Translations under genes and position numbers: made by a program | DNA from: Phoronis australis | Lineage: Eukaryota > Animalia > Phoronida | Direction of reading: 5' to 3' | NCBI GenBank assembly: GCA_002633005.1 | Contig: NMRA01000691.1 | Coordinates: 137,406 to 201,405 of the forward strand | DNA: 64,000 nt | Part shown: one piece after another, positions 1 to 13,507 of the stretch | Layout of the letters: the number at the start of each line of letters is the position of its first letter | How positions within the stretch are numbered: the first letter of the stretch is position 1 | The notes under the pieces: model-generated | Database searches by the model: none | The model's input: only the letters and a program-made list of their open reading frames with translations | Told to the model about the DNA's origin: nothing

Positions 1-189
1 AATTGGTATTTTTATTGTTATCAAGTTTCTTGTAACCAGTAATCTGCACTAAAATTGTAAAAAAAAGTTAGTGTTTTTCCCTTTTTCACACTATTGCTAT
101 ATTTATTGTTATCAAGTAATCTGCACAAATAGCATCTGACAGTGACCCTGTTGTAAGGCAGCCCTAACTCTGGGTTTCTGTGCTAACAG

Positions 190-394
190 GTTGGCAAGGA
201 TAACGTACACACAGCTCTCTCCCTGGTTGGCTATGAGAAAGACTTGCAGAAGGCCATGGAGTTTGTTTTTGGCTCCAGCTTTGTGTGTAAGGACATGGAC
301 GTGGCTAAGAAGGTGACCTTCAACGACAAGGTCATGAAGAAGTCAGTCACTCTGGGAGGTGACTCCTTCGACCCCGCTGGGACACTGTCTGGGG
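190..394 (+). CDS. SMC2: SMC2 exon (hinge end)
   Basis: cag|GTT; [28 protein letters not shown]...GTLSG; donor gtgagt. Confidence 0.95.
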
Positions 395-803
395 GTGAGT
401 CGCGAGACCTCAGAATAGCTGTGATGATAGCGATAATTATTAAAATAGTAGTTGATATGGGCTTACCCAGTCATTCTTCTAAGTTTGAATTTTGCTAGCT
501 ACCAGAAGTATTATGCAATGTTGATGAGGCATCTTCTACCACCAGGTGGAGATTTCATCTTCAAACTCCTGTACAAACATGGGTTAAGTACTGTGAAACC
601 TGCATAATGAGTCACATTCTTGCATGTCTGTCACAAAATTCAGTCTTTGTTCTGATTCATACACTCTACCTATCATTCGAGTCAGATTCTTTTGGTTGTA
701 TCTGCCTAATGCTAGATGAGTGTAATGCACTTTGTTTTCATGTGCAATGTTTGTTTTAATATGGTTTTTGTGATTGGAGTTGGTGACCGGTGTTGTCTTT
801 CAG

Positions 804-939
804 GAGCCCGTCCCAACACAACAGCCATCTTACTCAAGCTGGACGAGGTGCGACAGGTGGAGGAAGAGTTAGTTCAGAAAGAGGCTGAACTGCAGGCAAC
901 GGACAAGGAGCTGAATGGTCTCCAGAAGGTGGCAGGGCA
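804..939 (+). CDS. SMC2: SMC2 exon (coiled coil)
   Basis: ARPNTTAILLKLDEV...KVAG; phase 1 in, phase 2 out; donor gtgcgt. Confidence 0.9.
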
Positions 940-1589
940 GTGCGTATTCGATTCTTCCCATTTGATCATTTAACACTAAGAGTATGTTTGTGTCGGTCAA
1001 GTGCTTTCACAACATACAAAGATCAAGTGTCAAACAGGGATGCCATGAATTCTTTGTTGCGAACTTCTTCAGGGCACCTTAATATCTACAGAGATTCCCT
1101 TTGTCTCTAATGATGTATTACAAAAACCAATCTGCTGTTTTTCCCTTTCTCCATATGGTGTTAGCAAAAGAATGACTTGGTTTTCCTTCATTTTTAAAAA
1201 TTATATTAAAGTAAAACTATAACGTACAATAATTAGAGTTAAACCTAGAAAGCATTATTATATCTGGGTGCCTTTTCTTCAAACTATTTCCTTTAATAGT
1301 GAACAGAATCATTCCACTTTCCACAAATTCTTCTGGGAAGTTGATATTCTATTCCTCTCCAACATTTCTCACTTTCCAAGTAGCCTTGCTAATTCTTGTC
1401 ATGTCCACGCCGACCTCACATCTCACCTGTGACCTGTTGCATGAAACCGTCCCAATAGGTACTCGACTGTTCCCTAAATTTTTTGTGCGTTAGTAAACTT
1501 TATTTAATCATTGCTGTTTTCAATGACTTTGTATCTGGTTTGGTGAGCTCCTGTTTTACAAATGTCACTTTTATTCATCCACATATTAA

Positions 1590-2653
1590 AGATGTGTTGC
1601 TGATGATAAGGAGTGTGGAACTGACCCAGATACCACAGTGCCCCCTGTGAGCAAAATGTTTTTATTTTTTGCATTTGCCTCTGTATCTTCGGATTTCAGT
1701 ATTGTATTTTCATGAAATTCAGCAAATAGGTTTCTGTTAAGAAGCTGACAATTCCTCTTTATTTTCGGACAGATTTGCTGTTTTCTGCGCCACCTGGTGA
1801 CCATTTTTGTTATTTTTGTGTCCATTTTCTGGCGTTCACATCCCTATCTGCCATACCACTTAAAGGATTGTATGAGAATTTACAGATGTGTTCCTCATGA
1901 GAAAGCCTTGACTGAAGTTGACTCTCAGACGGGTTCGACTACTGTGTCGCCCCCTGGAGATTTTGTTTTTGAATGGTACAAATGTCAAACTTACCCAAAT
2001 ACCACAGTGCCCCCTGGTAGCATTTGTTTTACGTTTACCTCTGTATCTTTGGAGTTCACAAATGTGTTATCGTGAAATTCGGCAAATAGGTTTCTATTAA
2101 GGAGTCGACAGCGCCTTCCCATTTTCAGACAGATTTGATGTTTCCTATATCACCTGGTAGCCATTTAAAAATTTTCGCATGTTTTGGACGTCTGCCTCTC
2201 TATCTGCCAAACCACTCAAAGGACGATAATGAAAATTGACGGTTGTGTTCCTGATGCGTAGACTACTTCTGGTGACCCTCAGGGGCAGTTTTGCTCTTTT
2301 GCATGTACAGATGTATCTCCTTAACCCTTTGAAGGATCTGCAAAATTTTGGCACATGGGCTACTATAGAGATGGCAACATGATGATGAGTTTCAGACCAA
2401 TCGAACTATAGCTGTACCCCCTAGTGTCAATTTTTTATACGTTTACCTCTATATCGTAGCAGTTCTTGGCTTATTTTTATGAATTTCGGCAATTAGTTGT
2501 GTGTTTCACAGAGACAACGCCACCTTCTAAATTCGGATGGGTTTGACGTATTCTGCGCCATCTAATGGCCATTTTATAATACTAAAAACCCATAGAAGCA
2601 CTCTGTTTGTGGTGCCATTGTGGGCACATTTCAGCACCCCGCGTTGCCGTTGT
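1590..2653 (+). mobile_element. Old diverged HINE-like copy
   Basis: Degenerate core subunits (gtgcccc..., gcgccacctggtg, gcgccatctaatgg) and 3' end gtgggcacatttc...gcgttg; boundaries approximate. Confidence 0.65.
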
Positions 2654-2948
2654 ACAATAATAAGATTATATGAAAACAGCCTTTATTCTATGAAAACAAA
2701 TTGGGATTAAGTCTTTAAATAGAGGCATTGCACGAAAAGTTCTCATTTTATTTTTAATCATGAAAACAAGATAGAGTTTAATCTCACTATGTATCAAACC
2801 TGAAACTAGACACAGCATGATAGCAATGAAGATAAAAAGCACATGGAAGGACAATCAGTGTTTGCTCTGAACATGGCCAAGTCTCTTGATCAGTCCCTAG
2901 TGGGGCATCTTCATACCACCAGTGACAGTTGTCTCCCATGTACCTCAG

Positions 2949-3073
2949 GTTTGCCAAGCTGAAGCAGCAGTATGAACTCAAACTTGGTGAGGTGGAGCTG
3001 CTGCAGAAGAAGTTGGAGCAGAGCAGTCATGGGCAACAACTAGAGGAGATCAACAACATGCAGAAGTCTATAG
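2949..3073 (+). CDS. SMC2: SMC2 exon
   Basis: FAKLKQQYELKLGEVELL...NNMQKSI; donor gtgggt, tandemly repeated downstream. Confidence 0.9.
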
Positions 3074-3329
3074 GTGGGTGTGCATGCATGTACTGTTGGG
3101 AGTCCACAACAACATGCAGAAGTCTATAGGTGGGTTTGCATGCATGTACTGTTGGGAGTCCTCAACAACATGCAGAAGTCTATAGGTGGGTGTGCATGCA
3201 TGTACTGTTGGGAGTCCACAACAACATGCAGAAGTCTATAGGTGGGTTTGCATGCATGTACTGTTGGGAGTCCTCAACAACATGCAGAAGTCTATAAGTG
3301 GGTGTGCATGCATGTACTGTTGGAGTCCT
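3051..3329 (+). repeat. 56-bp minisatellite x5 containing the SMC2 exon end and donor
   Basis: Unit CAACAACATGCAGAAGTCTATAG|GTGGGT(G/T)TGCATGCATGTACTGTTGGGAGTCC(A/T) starts at 3051, 3107, 3163, 3219, 3275. Confidence 0.95.
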
Positions 3330-4362
3330 GTTTCTGTCATCGTTGTGTTGCTGCACAGTAAAACTAGCAGAAATGATACATTCACAAGTGTGATTTTCAC
3401 TTTAATTTGTCTGTTTTTGTCAGTCTGTCAGATTATTAGATTTTTCTCTCCTGGTCATATTGATTGCGACTATGCTAGATTTCATATTTACTACTAAGAC
3501 TGTAAAAGCATGTTGACAAGTCTGCAAATTTTGCCAAATAGCTACGTAACTGTGGCGTTTAACTCAGTGACAGTATACATTTTCTTAAGGTAGAAAGCCT
3601 GTATAATTTTAACTTTATACCAATCTGCCTTTGATTGGATCTTGTGACTGTGTGTTTGTAAAACTTAGCAAAAACAACAGTATAGATAACATAGAATTTT
3701 TCGTGACATAATAGTCCTTTTTATAGCCTCCCATGCAAAGTGGAACACTTTAAAAGCAATCCTAGCATAGCAATGTCTTAGTATTTCAACGTTTCATATA
3801 AATTCAGCCAGCCATTTCTGGGATATGGTGTTCTAAAGTTTGCTAAATGTGTACTTTTTATGATCATACACAACCTTAATGTTCTTCCACAAACCAACTT
3901 TTGATGTTGACTGCTTACTTTTATAAAATCATTCTCATGTTTTCCCTTAATCAAATTAGAAATGATTTCTATGCTTGATCAAACTAACTGATACTTACCA
4001 TGTCTTTGGAATAAAACTGCCAAACTTGGATAAACTTGTTGCAAAGAATAACATTTTTGTCAATCTTGGTTATAGTCACCTACAGGGGTCCCAGGTTTTG
4101 AAAACCAGTTTCTTCCTCTGATTAACAGACATCAATTGACTGTCATGGCTTTTTAGTGCTTTGTTAGTTTGGGCCTGCTGATTGAAGTGGCCAAATTTCT
4201 GTTTTTATTTATGCATCCCACATATGTATATAATTATGTATGGATGTGGATGCATTATTTAATAGACATGTACTAATGGTGGTTTGCTATTACGTAAACC
4301 GCCGTATGTTGCTGTCATCCTTGTTTGTGTTCTCTTCTTTCTATAAGTGTTTCCTGTTGCAG

Positions 4363-4556
4363 ATGAACAGCAGGCTGTCCTGCAAACAGCTGAAGATCGC
4401 AAGAAGTTAGCTCAAACCAAGGTGAAAGATCTGGAGAATAAGATCAAGAATGCCAAGGTGATCCGCGAGAAGGAGTTGAAGGATGCAGAGAAAGCTGTGG
4501 GCGAGGCGAAGAAGAGGACAGAAGAGTCTGTGAAGAAGACCAAAGAAAAGCAACAG
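4363..4556 (+). CDS. SMC2: SMC2 exon
   Basis: EQQAVLQTAEDRKK...TKEKQQ; ag/gt flanks in phase. Confidence 0.92.
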
Positions 4557-4613
4557 GTTAGCATCTGTGATTGGTTATTACTTGGCGAAGTATGTTGCTC
4601 TTCCATCAAGTTT

Positions 4614-4653
<40 letters not shown>

Positions 4654-6429
4654 TTNNNNNNNNNNNNNNNNNNNNNNNNNNNNNNNNNNNNNNNNNNNNN
4701 NNNNNNNNNNNNNNNNNNNNNNNNNNNNNNNNNNNNNNNNNNNNNNNNNNNNNNNNNNNNNNNNNNNNNNNNNNNNNNNNNNNNNNNNNNNNNNNNNNNN
4801 NNNNNNNNNNNNNNNNNNNNNNNNNNNNNNNNNNNNNNNNNNNNNNNNNNNNNNNNNNNNNNNNNNNNNNNNNNNNNNNNNNNNNNNNNNNNNNNNNNNN
4901 NNNNNNNNNNNNNNNNNNNNNNNNNNNNNNNNNNNNNNNNNNNNNNNNNNNNNNNNNNNNNNNNNNNNNNNNNNNNNNNNNNNNNNNNNNNNNNNNNNNN
5001 NNNNNNNNNNNNNNNNNNNNNNNNNNNNNNNNNNNNNNNNNNNNNNNNNNNNNNNNNNNNNNNNNNNNNNNNNNNNNNNNNNNNNNNNNNNNNNNNNNNN
5101 NNNNNNNNNNNNNNNNNNNNNNNNNNNNNNNNNNNNNNNNNNNNNNNNNNNNNNNNNNGAAGTCGCTTTCAAGATGGCGGATCTGGCGCATGTTGACCCA
5201 TTTTCAGTCATGCTGAGGTGCCATTTAAACGGGAATAAAAAATTGCGTGAATTTTTGCATGTGGATTCTTTGAGGTACACTCTTTCAAATGAACTGGAAC
5301 AATTTTTTCTCAAACTTACCGTTTTTGAGTTATTTGACTTTGAATTTCTTTAAAAAAAACAAAATTTCAATTTTTTCGAAAAATTTAAGGAATTGTGTGG
5401 TACTATTAATTTAGATAGAGTTTTTAACGGGGTTTCAGAAGATGTTTTCCATTTTTCGTTAAGACATCTACTTTTCGAGTTATTTGAGATTTTCTGATAA
5501 CGCTGTTCCTTTGTTGAGCGCTCTTGCTGCATTGATGTTGGTTTATCTTCTATTGAACTGGACTGTAGCCTATTTCTTATTGATTTATGACATCTAAGTT
5601 CGTCATATGAATGTTATGATGTTTTTCATCATGGCCACCACCATCATCATAATCGTCATCTTCGTCATCATCTCCCACGTTGTCTTTTCTTCAGTTAATT
5701 TCGCCAAGTGTCACTCAAGACTGTAGCCTATTTCTCAGTGATTTCTGACCTCTACGTTCGTCATATGAATGATATCATAACTTGCATTGTCCATCATCGC
5801 CACCATCGTCGTCATAGCTATCATCTTCGTCATCATCTCTGTCGTCGTCTTTTCTGATCATCTCTAACCTGGTTTTTTGGTTAATTTTGCCAAGTTTCGC
5901 TCCTTTGAGCGCTTTCATTTATTATGTTGTTTTGCTGATGGACAGGGAAATTGTTAAATTGGTTTTTTACTTGTTTGGATATGTAAGGGAGGAACGTAAT
6001 TTTGATTGACGGTTGTCATTTGCTGTTCCTATTTGGTTTTGTAGTTAATACATTTTTGACGGTTAAAATAATTACATGCTGAACATACTCCGAGAAGCAT
6101 TTTTGGAAACATGGCCTGGTACAGAACTTGTCAAGAATTTTTTGTCTTACATTTGTTTTATTTCTGTTTTCATTGATTGTGGAGCTTTTTTTTAACAGGT
6201 TACATTCATTCTGAACTCATGTTTTTGCTTATAAAGGACTGGTGCATAGGATTGACAATACCATCTTTGGACCATTTTTGCAGAAAATTATCCTTGGAAG
6301 GGCATGTTAGCTAACATGTTACTTTATGATGGTTAAATTTGGTGAGGGCTCGATAAGTTTAAAATAAGGTGACCACGTCTTATACACGCATTGCTCTGTT
6401 GTTCTCTCATGGATTCTTGCTTCTGTCAG

Positions 6430-6573
6430 GAAGTGGAAAGCATACACCTAGAGGTGGAGGAGCTGACGAAGGACCTCGACGGATATGAGGTGCAATTGGC
6501 GACCATTGAAGAGGTAATCAAGATGTATGAAGAACAGATGGCTGAGCTCCAATTAGCAGCTAGTGAAACAAAG
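6430..6573 (+). CDS. SMC2: SMC2 exon
   Basis: EVESIHLEVEEL...ASETK; 144 nt, phase 0/0. Confidence 0.92.
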
Positions 6574-6729
6574 GTATGTCAATGTTATATAGTGCACTCT
6601 TAAACGTGTGTGATGAGATTCTAGCTAAGAAGATTGTGAATTGACCTTGTACTTGTAAGCTGTCCAACTGTAGACCCGACTGCGTAGTCTATGCAAGATG
6701 GATGTCAGTGACGATGAGTATTGTTATTG

Positions 6730-8745
6730 TGCACCCACATACTTATTTGCGAGTGCATATTGCCATCATCTCTGCCTGGGCGTCCAGCGTCCGCTGGTGT
6801 ATCTCTTAAACCCTTCCCAGGATCTTGATGAGATTTGGTAGATATGGTCCAATGAAGCTGACAATAGATGACGAAGAAGTTCGGACAGTTCCGACTACAG
6901 GTGTGCCCCCGAGTGGCACTTTATTTTTTTACGCTTTCCTCTATCTTCAAAGGTCCTCAACAGATTTTCATGAAACTTGGCACATAGGCATCAATAAGTG
7001 CCACTGTTTTTGTCTGTCTGGTGGATTTTTATGAAATTTCATATAGCTTTCTATTAACTCATTCCTCCCTGATCCCGCCTTATGGCGTGACTGTTTATTT
7101 TCACTCAGGGCCTGATGCCGTCTGGAGGCGTTATCTAACAATGTATCTCACAGGCGGATCACGCCTTCAGGAGGGATAGAAGGCAGCAATTTATTGGTTT
7201 AAGTTTAAATATATCTAGGGTATTCCCAGTTTTCTATCCAATGAGGATTGAGACATCATACTCTATGTTAACTTCTTGTTTGTGAAGTTAATGCCTATTG
7301 GCTGTTATTTCTGCAATTTAGAACCATTTCTTCACAAGCAAATTATCAATTGAAGGAAAAACCAGGAAGCGTGTTAACTTTGTAGTGGTTGTTGTGGTAA
7401 CTTTTGAAAGGTTATAAAGATATTCCTCCCTGAAATATAGTATGTTTGTTTGATTTGAAGACTAGAATTAAGCTAATTGCCCTGAATTGTAGCCTAATTG
7501 GTGTTACATAACACTGCTGTCACCACTTAATCATCTGCTAGGGTGCTCCTGTTTATTTTATTTGAACTGACCAGAAACAATAACAAAATGTTCAATTACT
7601 AGGAACATTCTACTCTGTGACTAGCACTGTGCACACACTCACTTGAAATTGCTGCCTTGATATTATACGGACATCATCTCTGCTGCTCTCTCACAGTTCT
7701 TGAAGTTTTTATTATGGAGGATAGTGTGGATACTGATGACACTGGTCACATTTAGATATAGACTTCAGTGATTATGGATATGATAGTGTGGATACTGATG
7801 GCACTGAGTGGTCACATTTAGATACAGATTTCAGTGATCTAGTTTATGATGAGGATATGCTACACAGAAAACTTTCTTGACATGTTTTCTGGAAATTTAA
7901 ATGGATTATTTGTAAACAATCGTCTTTGTTTCTGGAAAACAAAAAGTAAAACTACTTGTTCAACCCTTTATCGATTTTGAACTTGGATAAATTTTACATC
8001 AACATGAAGCTCATTTACTCAAGATGTATTGCTGAAAATTTGGTATTATGTTTATTAATGACTGAGTGATGAGGTTTTAATTATGTGCAGTGCTTGTGAC
8101 CTAGTTTTGAGTGAAATACCCTCTGACTTCAAGGGGGTAGACATTCCACAGCTCATCCAGGCCACTAAGCAATTTATTCCATATGGTGCTCAGGGTCGAA
8201 TGAGTTAAAGGAATGATGACGTGTCCGTTTTCGGATGGATTCGGCATATTTTGCACCATCTGGTGGCCAGTTTTACTGTTGTCTAGTCGCCCCTCTATCA
8301 ACCAAACCAAGCTAAGGGTGATTGTGAAGATTGGCATATTTGTTCGTAGCGTGAAGAGGGTGGTTGATGAGGATTTTCCGACAACTTTGAATACTGTAGT
8401 GCCTTCTAGTGGCAGTTTAGTTTTTTTTTGCCCACTGCAGGTTCTTTATTAAATTTAGTAAGTGTGTTTATATAAAGTTGACAACGGACGGTGACAACTT
8501 TCAATTGCATACAACGAACGCTGTACCCCTTAGTGATTTTTTTCCGTTTTCCTCAGTTTCTCTGAAGTTTCTTGATGGATTTTATGAAATTTGATATATA
8601 GCTTTCTATTAAAGAATTGACAACATGTTGTCTTTTTATGGAAGAATTTGCGGTGTTCATTTTCACCATACAAATAAACACCCCTAGAAGCACACCATTT
8701 GCGGTGCATTGATGGGTGCATTTTAAAGCTCCGTAATGCTCTTGT
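6730..8745 (+). mobile_element. Old HINE-like copy interrupted by a TTAA element
   Basis: 5' gtgcacccacat...gcgtcc tract, core subunits, 3' gggtgcatttt...gctcttgt. Confidence 0.65.
7058..8204. mobile_element. piggyBac-like non-autonomous element (TTAA TSD)
   Basis: ttaa|CTCATTCCTCCCTGA ... TCAGGGTCGAATGAG|ttaa; removing it restores the HINE sequence ctttctattaaa also seen near 8600. Confidence 0.75.
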
Positions 8746-9299
8746 AATCCAGTCTGCCCCCATATTTGCGGATAAACATTACAGTCTGTACAAAATGAAG
8801 GAAATGCTTTAATGTTGCTGTTTCAGTTACTAAGTTGACAGACTCGAACACAATCAGTAATTCTTTTTTAATATACTCCAATATAAAGAACCCATTCTTA
8901 CTGGGTCTGTTAGACCTGCTAAGCAACAAGTCTTTCTGGACCTATAACGATCAACTTAATATCTTCTATTGCATTTTTATTTACTAGATAATAGTAGTTT
9001 CACCAGATACTAGACTCTTTGTGTCTTAACCGATGTGTCACTATACACTGCATTGCTACACATTGTACTATATTTGTTTATACTGCTCTGCGGTACTTTT
9101 ATTTATTTCATGTACGATACCATAATTGTTTCCACCCAGATTACTCTAATACCTCATCTTAGTGCTATTAACTGTTATTTCACATTTACTTCTAGCCCTT
9201 GCATGACAGTGTGTCACTTTAATATATATACATATATTGTCCAATCATACCCCAGTTGAGGGTGGCAGTAAACTATGATACTATGACTTCCCACTCCAG

Positions 9300-9494
9300 G
9301 AGGCCGTTAAGAAAGCGCAGGGCGAGCTGACCAAGCAGAAGGAGCTGCTCAAGTCACGGAATAAAGACATTAATGACAGGATAGGCCAACAGAAGGCACT
9401 GCACAAGGAGGCGAATGATGCCCAGCTGCAGATCCAGGAACTTGAACACAAAGTGGCTAAGCATAACAAGGACTCCAAGGATGCAGGCAGACAG
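9300..9494 (+). CDS. SMC2: SMC2 exon
   Basis: EAVKKAQGELTKQKELLK...DSKDAGRQ; 195 nt; absent from the ORF track. Confidence 0.92.
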
Positions 9495-9982
9495 GTGTGT
9501 GGGGTCCTGACGGTTATGGTCAGACTTTGAGTCATGAGTCGAGTATCTCTTGTCGTGATAGAACACAGACATCTTAAGTGGGGCACATTCTAAGAAACTG
9601 ACTTAAGTGCATTTTGATCTAAGTCAATATTTCTCTCAACTTCCAAAGTTTGAAGCTTCCGTATCTGGTAAGGTAGTCAAAATTAAGACAAAACTTAGGT
9701 ATTGCTAAAAACCTTCAAACTTAAGGTTTTTTTCTTGAAACTGTCTTGAGATGAATTTAAATGTTAAAATTGAAAGAAATTTAAGATTGGTCTTAGCTTG
9801 GTTACTTTTTTGGAACGGCCCCCAAAAGTCCAGTCTCCTGCTGGTGACAGTGACTGGTACTCTGGCTTGACCAACTACTGTCTTGAAGCAACTTACCTTG
9901 TGGTCATTTTTTGCCTTTTTGAATAGTTGTAGAATTCTTGGTGTGTTTCCCTAAGTTACCAGTCTTGTTTTTTCGCTTACAG

Positions 9983-10183
9983 GTCGAGCAGTTGCTGCAG
10001 AAGTACGAGTGGATCGCAGACGAGAAGGCATACTTCGGCAAAACTAACACAGCATACGACTTTGAGGCCAATGACCCGAAGGAGGCAGGTCGGCGGATTC
10101 AGAAACTACAAGAGACCAAGGAGAAACTGTCCAAGAGTGTGAACATGAGGGCCATGAACATGCTGGGCAAGGCGGAGGAACAG
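9983..10183 (+). CDS. SMC2: SMC2 exon
   Basis: VEQLLQKYEWIADEKAYFG...MLGKAEEQ; donor gtaagt. Confidence 0.95.
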
Positions 10184-10226
10184 GTAAGTGTATTAATACT
10201 AACTGTTATTGTACAAGTATTTTGTA

Positions 10227-10228
<2 letters not shown>

Positions 10229-10257
<29 letters not shown>

Positions 10258-10273
10258 TAGTAATAATGATAAT
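10229..10273. repeat. (TAA)n microsatellite
   Basis: Direct reading. Confidence 0.9.
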
Positions 10274-10667
10274 TTTTTATTATAATGTTACCGTATTTTG
10301 TACTAATGTTGAATTGGTGCAAGTGTCTGGCACCCGTTCCAACAAACACTTCACATTTCTAAATTCTGTGCTTGTCGTTCCAAGTATGCCAGTGGCCTAT
10401 GGCCAATTTAAGTGGCTGTGGCTCTCTCTAAGTTTGGGTGTGGCAGCCAACTTGGAACACATTGCTGTCATAAGGTCTGATGATTTTCGGAATTTCTGTT
10501 GCAAGAGAAGGTTGCCGCTTGAAGAGAGTTCAGATATTTTGCCTCTTAATTCTTTTTAACAGCTACCTTCCCTTTTCTCCTCGTTTGGTTCTTTTTCATC
10601 ACTTTGTGTGGTCTGCTTATGACTCGATTGTGACCCACTTTTTATGACTGACCTTTCTCTCCTTTAG

Positions 10668-10793
10668 TACAATGACCTGATGAAAAAGCGGAAAATTGTT
10701 CTCAACGACAAGGCCAAGATTGCTGCAGTGATCGCTGAATTAGATGAGAAGAAGAATGAGGCTCTGAAGAAGGCACACTTACAAGTCAACAAG
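10668..10793 (+). CDS. SMC2: SMC2 exon
   Basis: [18 protein letters not shown]...LQVNK; 126 nt. Confidence 0.93.
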
Positions 10794-11029
10794 GTAGATA
10801 TGAACAGTAGTTAACATTTTTAGATATCATCAAGCTCCGTTGAGGTTGTGACAAAGTTGCAAGGGAAAATGAATGCAATTTGAGAGTAAGTCATCAGTAC
10901 TGTGTCAGCCAGATGGTTTTGATACAAAATGCTGTCCTTTGTTCAACAATGATATGTTCACATGTACTGCAGTCACACATGTATAATGCTTAAGTAATGA
11001 TTATGTACTCTTTCTGTCTTACACATGCA

Positions 11030-11036
11030 CAAACAC

Positions 11037-11077
<41 letters not shown>
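11030..11077. repeat. (CA)n microsatellite
   Basis: Direct reading. Confidence 0.95.
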
Positions 11078-11079
<2 letters not shown>

Positions 11080-11301
11080 CAGGTGTACCTGCATATGTAG
11101 ATACAGTTGATTCTGATCATGGTAGATCATGAGTGTGGCTGGGTTTTCCTGCCTGTTCAACAGGAGTACACTCAACAGAGCAACCGTAAATGAGAAGGTG
11201 TTCGTGACCTGGGATCAAACTGTGGGAGACAAACTGAATGCTGGCTTGCTGCTGCAAATAAAATTGTCCATTTACACCTGACACATTGTTCCTTGCTGCA
11301 G

Positions 11302-11453
11302 GATTTTGGCTCTATCTTCTCAACACTCTTACCTGGCACTAATGCCAAATTGGCTCCGGTTGAGGGACAGTCTGTTCTTGATGGATTGGAGGTCAAGGTT
11401 GCTTTTGGGGATGTCTGGAAGGAAAGTCTGAGTGAACTGAGTGGAGGTCAAAG
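11302..11453 (+). CDS. SMC2: SMC2 exon (signature motif)
   Basis: [12 protein letters not shown]...[12 protein letters not shown]. Confidence 0.96.
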
Positions 11454-12089
11454 GTCAGTTTGCTTTAGTGATGTGTACCTTTAGTTATACTTGTACCTTT
11501 TTACAGTTTCCTATTCCATATTTATTGCCAGTTTGCATGTAGATAATCATAGTTGTATTCAAGTGGTACAGGGGATGTCATTGTTCGTTTTTCTAATAAC
11601 TTGATATCGTCAATTCTGTTGTGTCTTGCACGTGTTTGTATGTTGCTTAGTATATATCCCATGGTTTAATTCAACTAGTGTCACTGTGACTTTAGTATAT
11701 GTAAGGTAAGTAAGGAGTAACAGTGTATTAAAAGAGCTGATGGTTCATGTTACCTCCTTGACTTATAATGTGTCTCTGCAATCTTGTTGCACTTAATGTG
11801 AATGGGATGTTGTTTACTTGAGACATTTGCTTGGTTTATGGTTAACATTCTTTATGATTGTCTTTTCAATTTGGGACTCTGTACTTTGTCAAGAAACTAT
11901 TCATTTACATTGTCTAGTGATCCCGTTCTCTCTTTTGTTTTGAAATAACTTTTTATGTTCTTTTATTCTTGGGGAATATTTGATTTTCATGGTGATTTTC
12001 ACTGTGACATTTTCTTATGCCTGAAATCGTATGTAATCAGTGTGTATCTGGGGACTGTTTGCTATTGTATCTCTTTGCCTCTCCTCCAG

Positions 12090-12237
12090 GTCCTTGGTGG
12101 CGTTGTCACTCATCCTGTCCCTGCTGCTGTTCAAGCCCGCCCCCCTTTACATCCTGGACGAGGTCGACGCGGCCCTTGACCTCTCGCACACACAGAACAT
12201 TGGGCAGATGTTGAGGACCCACTTCAAGCACTCCCAG
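12090..12237 (+). CDS. SMC2: SMC2 exon (Walker B, D-loop)
   Basis: [38 protein letters not shown]...HSQ. Confidence 0.97.
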
Positions 12238-12970
12238 GTAAATACGTAATTAATTGAACTTCTATAGACCTATGCGAAATACGGAGGCCACAACTCGACA
12301 TTAAGGTGATGAAACCAATGCAATTCAGCATCACCGACAACTATTTACATCATGGCAGTGTCGCAGTCTACTTCATTACCACAGTCACTGGTATAAGTTA
12401 GTATTTTGTAATATTGCAGGGCTCTGATTACAAAACTAAGTCAAATTGAGAAGATTTTGCCAGCTTCAGGCTTGTGATTCAGAGATTAACAGGGTTGCTG
12501 ACAGCAGGCAATGTAATGCAAAGAACTTACCTGCATGTTTGATTTTTCAACTATACACCTGAATATGAGTGCCATCACTAGTTATTTAAATTCCCGTAAG
12601 AAAAACAAACTGCATGTGGCTTTGCTGCTAATCTTGAATAACTGCAATAGATGGCTATATCATTTACTGTATAATTATTTTTTTACTGAGCCTTGTCTAA
12701 ATATTCAAACTTAACGCCAACAACAGAGGTCATGATGGTGACACTCTTTTTAAATTTTATCTGGACACAAACTTAATAAAATTGTCCCCAAAGCTTATTT
12801 TCTTTAAATAATACATAGGCGTGGAAAAGTATCGCTCCCGGCCACCACCCAGGTATGATATCAACTCTCTGACTTGAAACGCCACTTTCATATCAAATGA
12901 ATTTATGTACATCAACATTAAAAAACGATTTGAACCAGTTTGCATTATTGTAAGTGTAGGAATTATTGTT

Positions 12971-13072
12971 GTCAGTTCTGCTCCTTTGTTTGTGTCTCAC
13001 TCAGGTCAGTTCTGCTCCTTTGTTTGTGTCTCACTCAGGTCAGTTCTGCTCCTTTGTTTGTGTCTCACTCAG
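12971..13072 (+). repeat. 34-bp minisatellite x3
   Basis: GTCAGTTCTGCTCCTTTGTTTGTGTCTCACTCAG in three identical copies. Confidence 0.95.
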
Positions 13073-13507
13073 TTTCATCAATATTCTCTCCGGCTTATTG
13101 GGTTCTTCGGAATACCAAATATCTTGAACAGCAGTAAACACGGGCAATCTTTACATTTTTTGCCATGTTTCACTGCAAATTGATTACTTCCACGCATACA
13201 GCTTCCTTTGACTTTTGTGACAGCCCACTACAACATACTGTCTTCCATCTCTTTATTTTGGACGGCTTAGTTTTTCTGGTCTTTTCACACTTTCACCACG
13301 CACCGCACACCAACGGTCCAGGGGAGTTAACTCTTCGGGATTGCTTGCGGAGAAAGGTCTATCAGCAGGACCCTATCTCTCCTGAGGGGAAAATTGTCTG
13401 TGCCTTTTGAGAGGTTTTTTATCTTTAGATTGGAGGGTGAATACTGTACCACTACATCATTGTCTCAGCTTGGTGTACTTGTAATTGCCACTTCTCTGTC
13501 TTTGCAG

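Noticed and set aside
4347-5353. Long ORFs of 209-289 aa
   Set aside because: Read-through of poly-T and the N-gap; only 4363-4556 is coding. The same applies to ORFs across the gaps at 35649, 42850 and 44829.
13165-13410. [14 protein letters not shown] resembling a Tc1/mariner C-terminus
   Set aside because: Too short and degenerate; no catalytic residues or TIRs confirmed.
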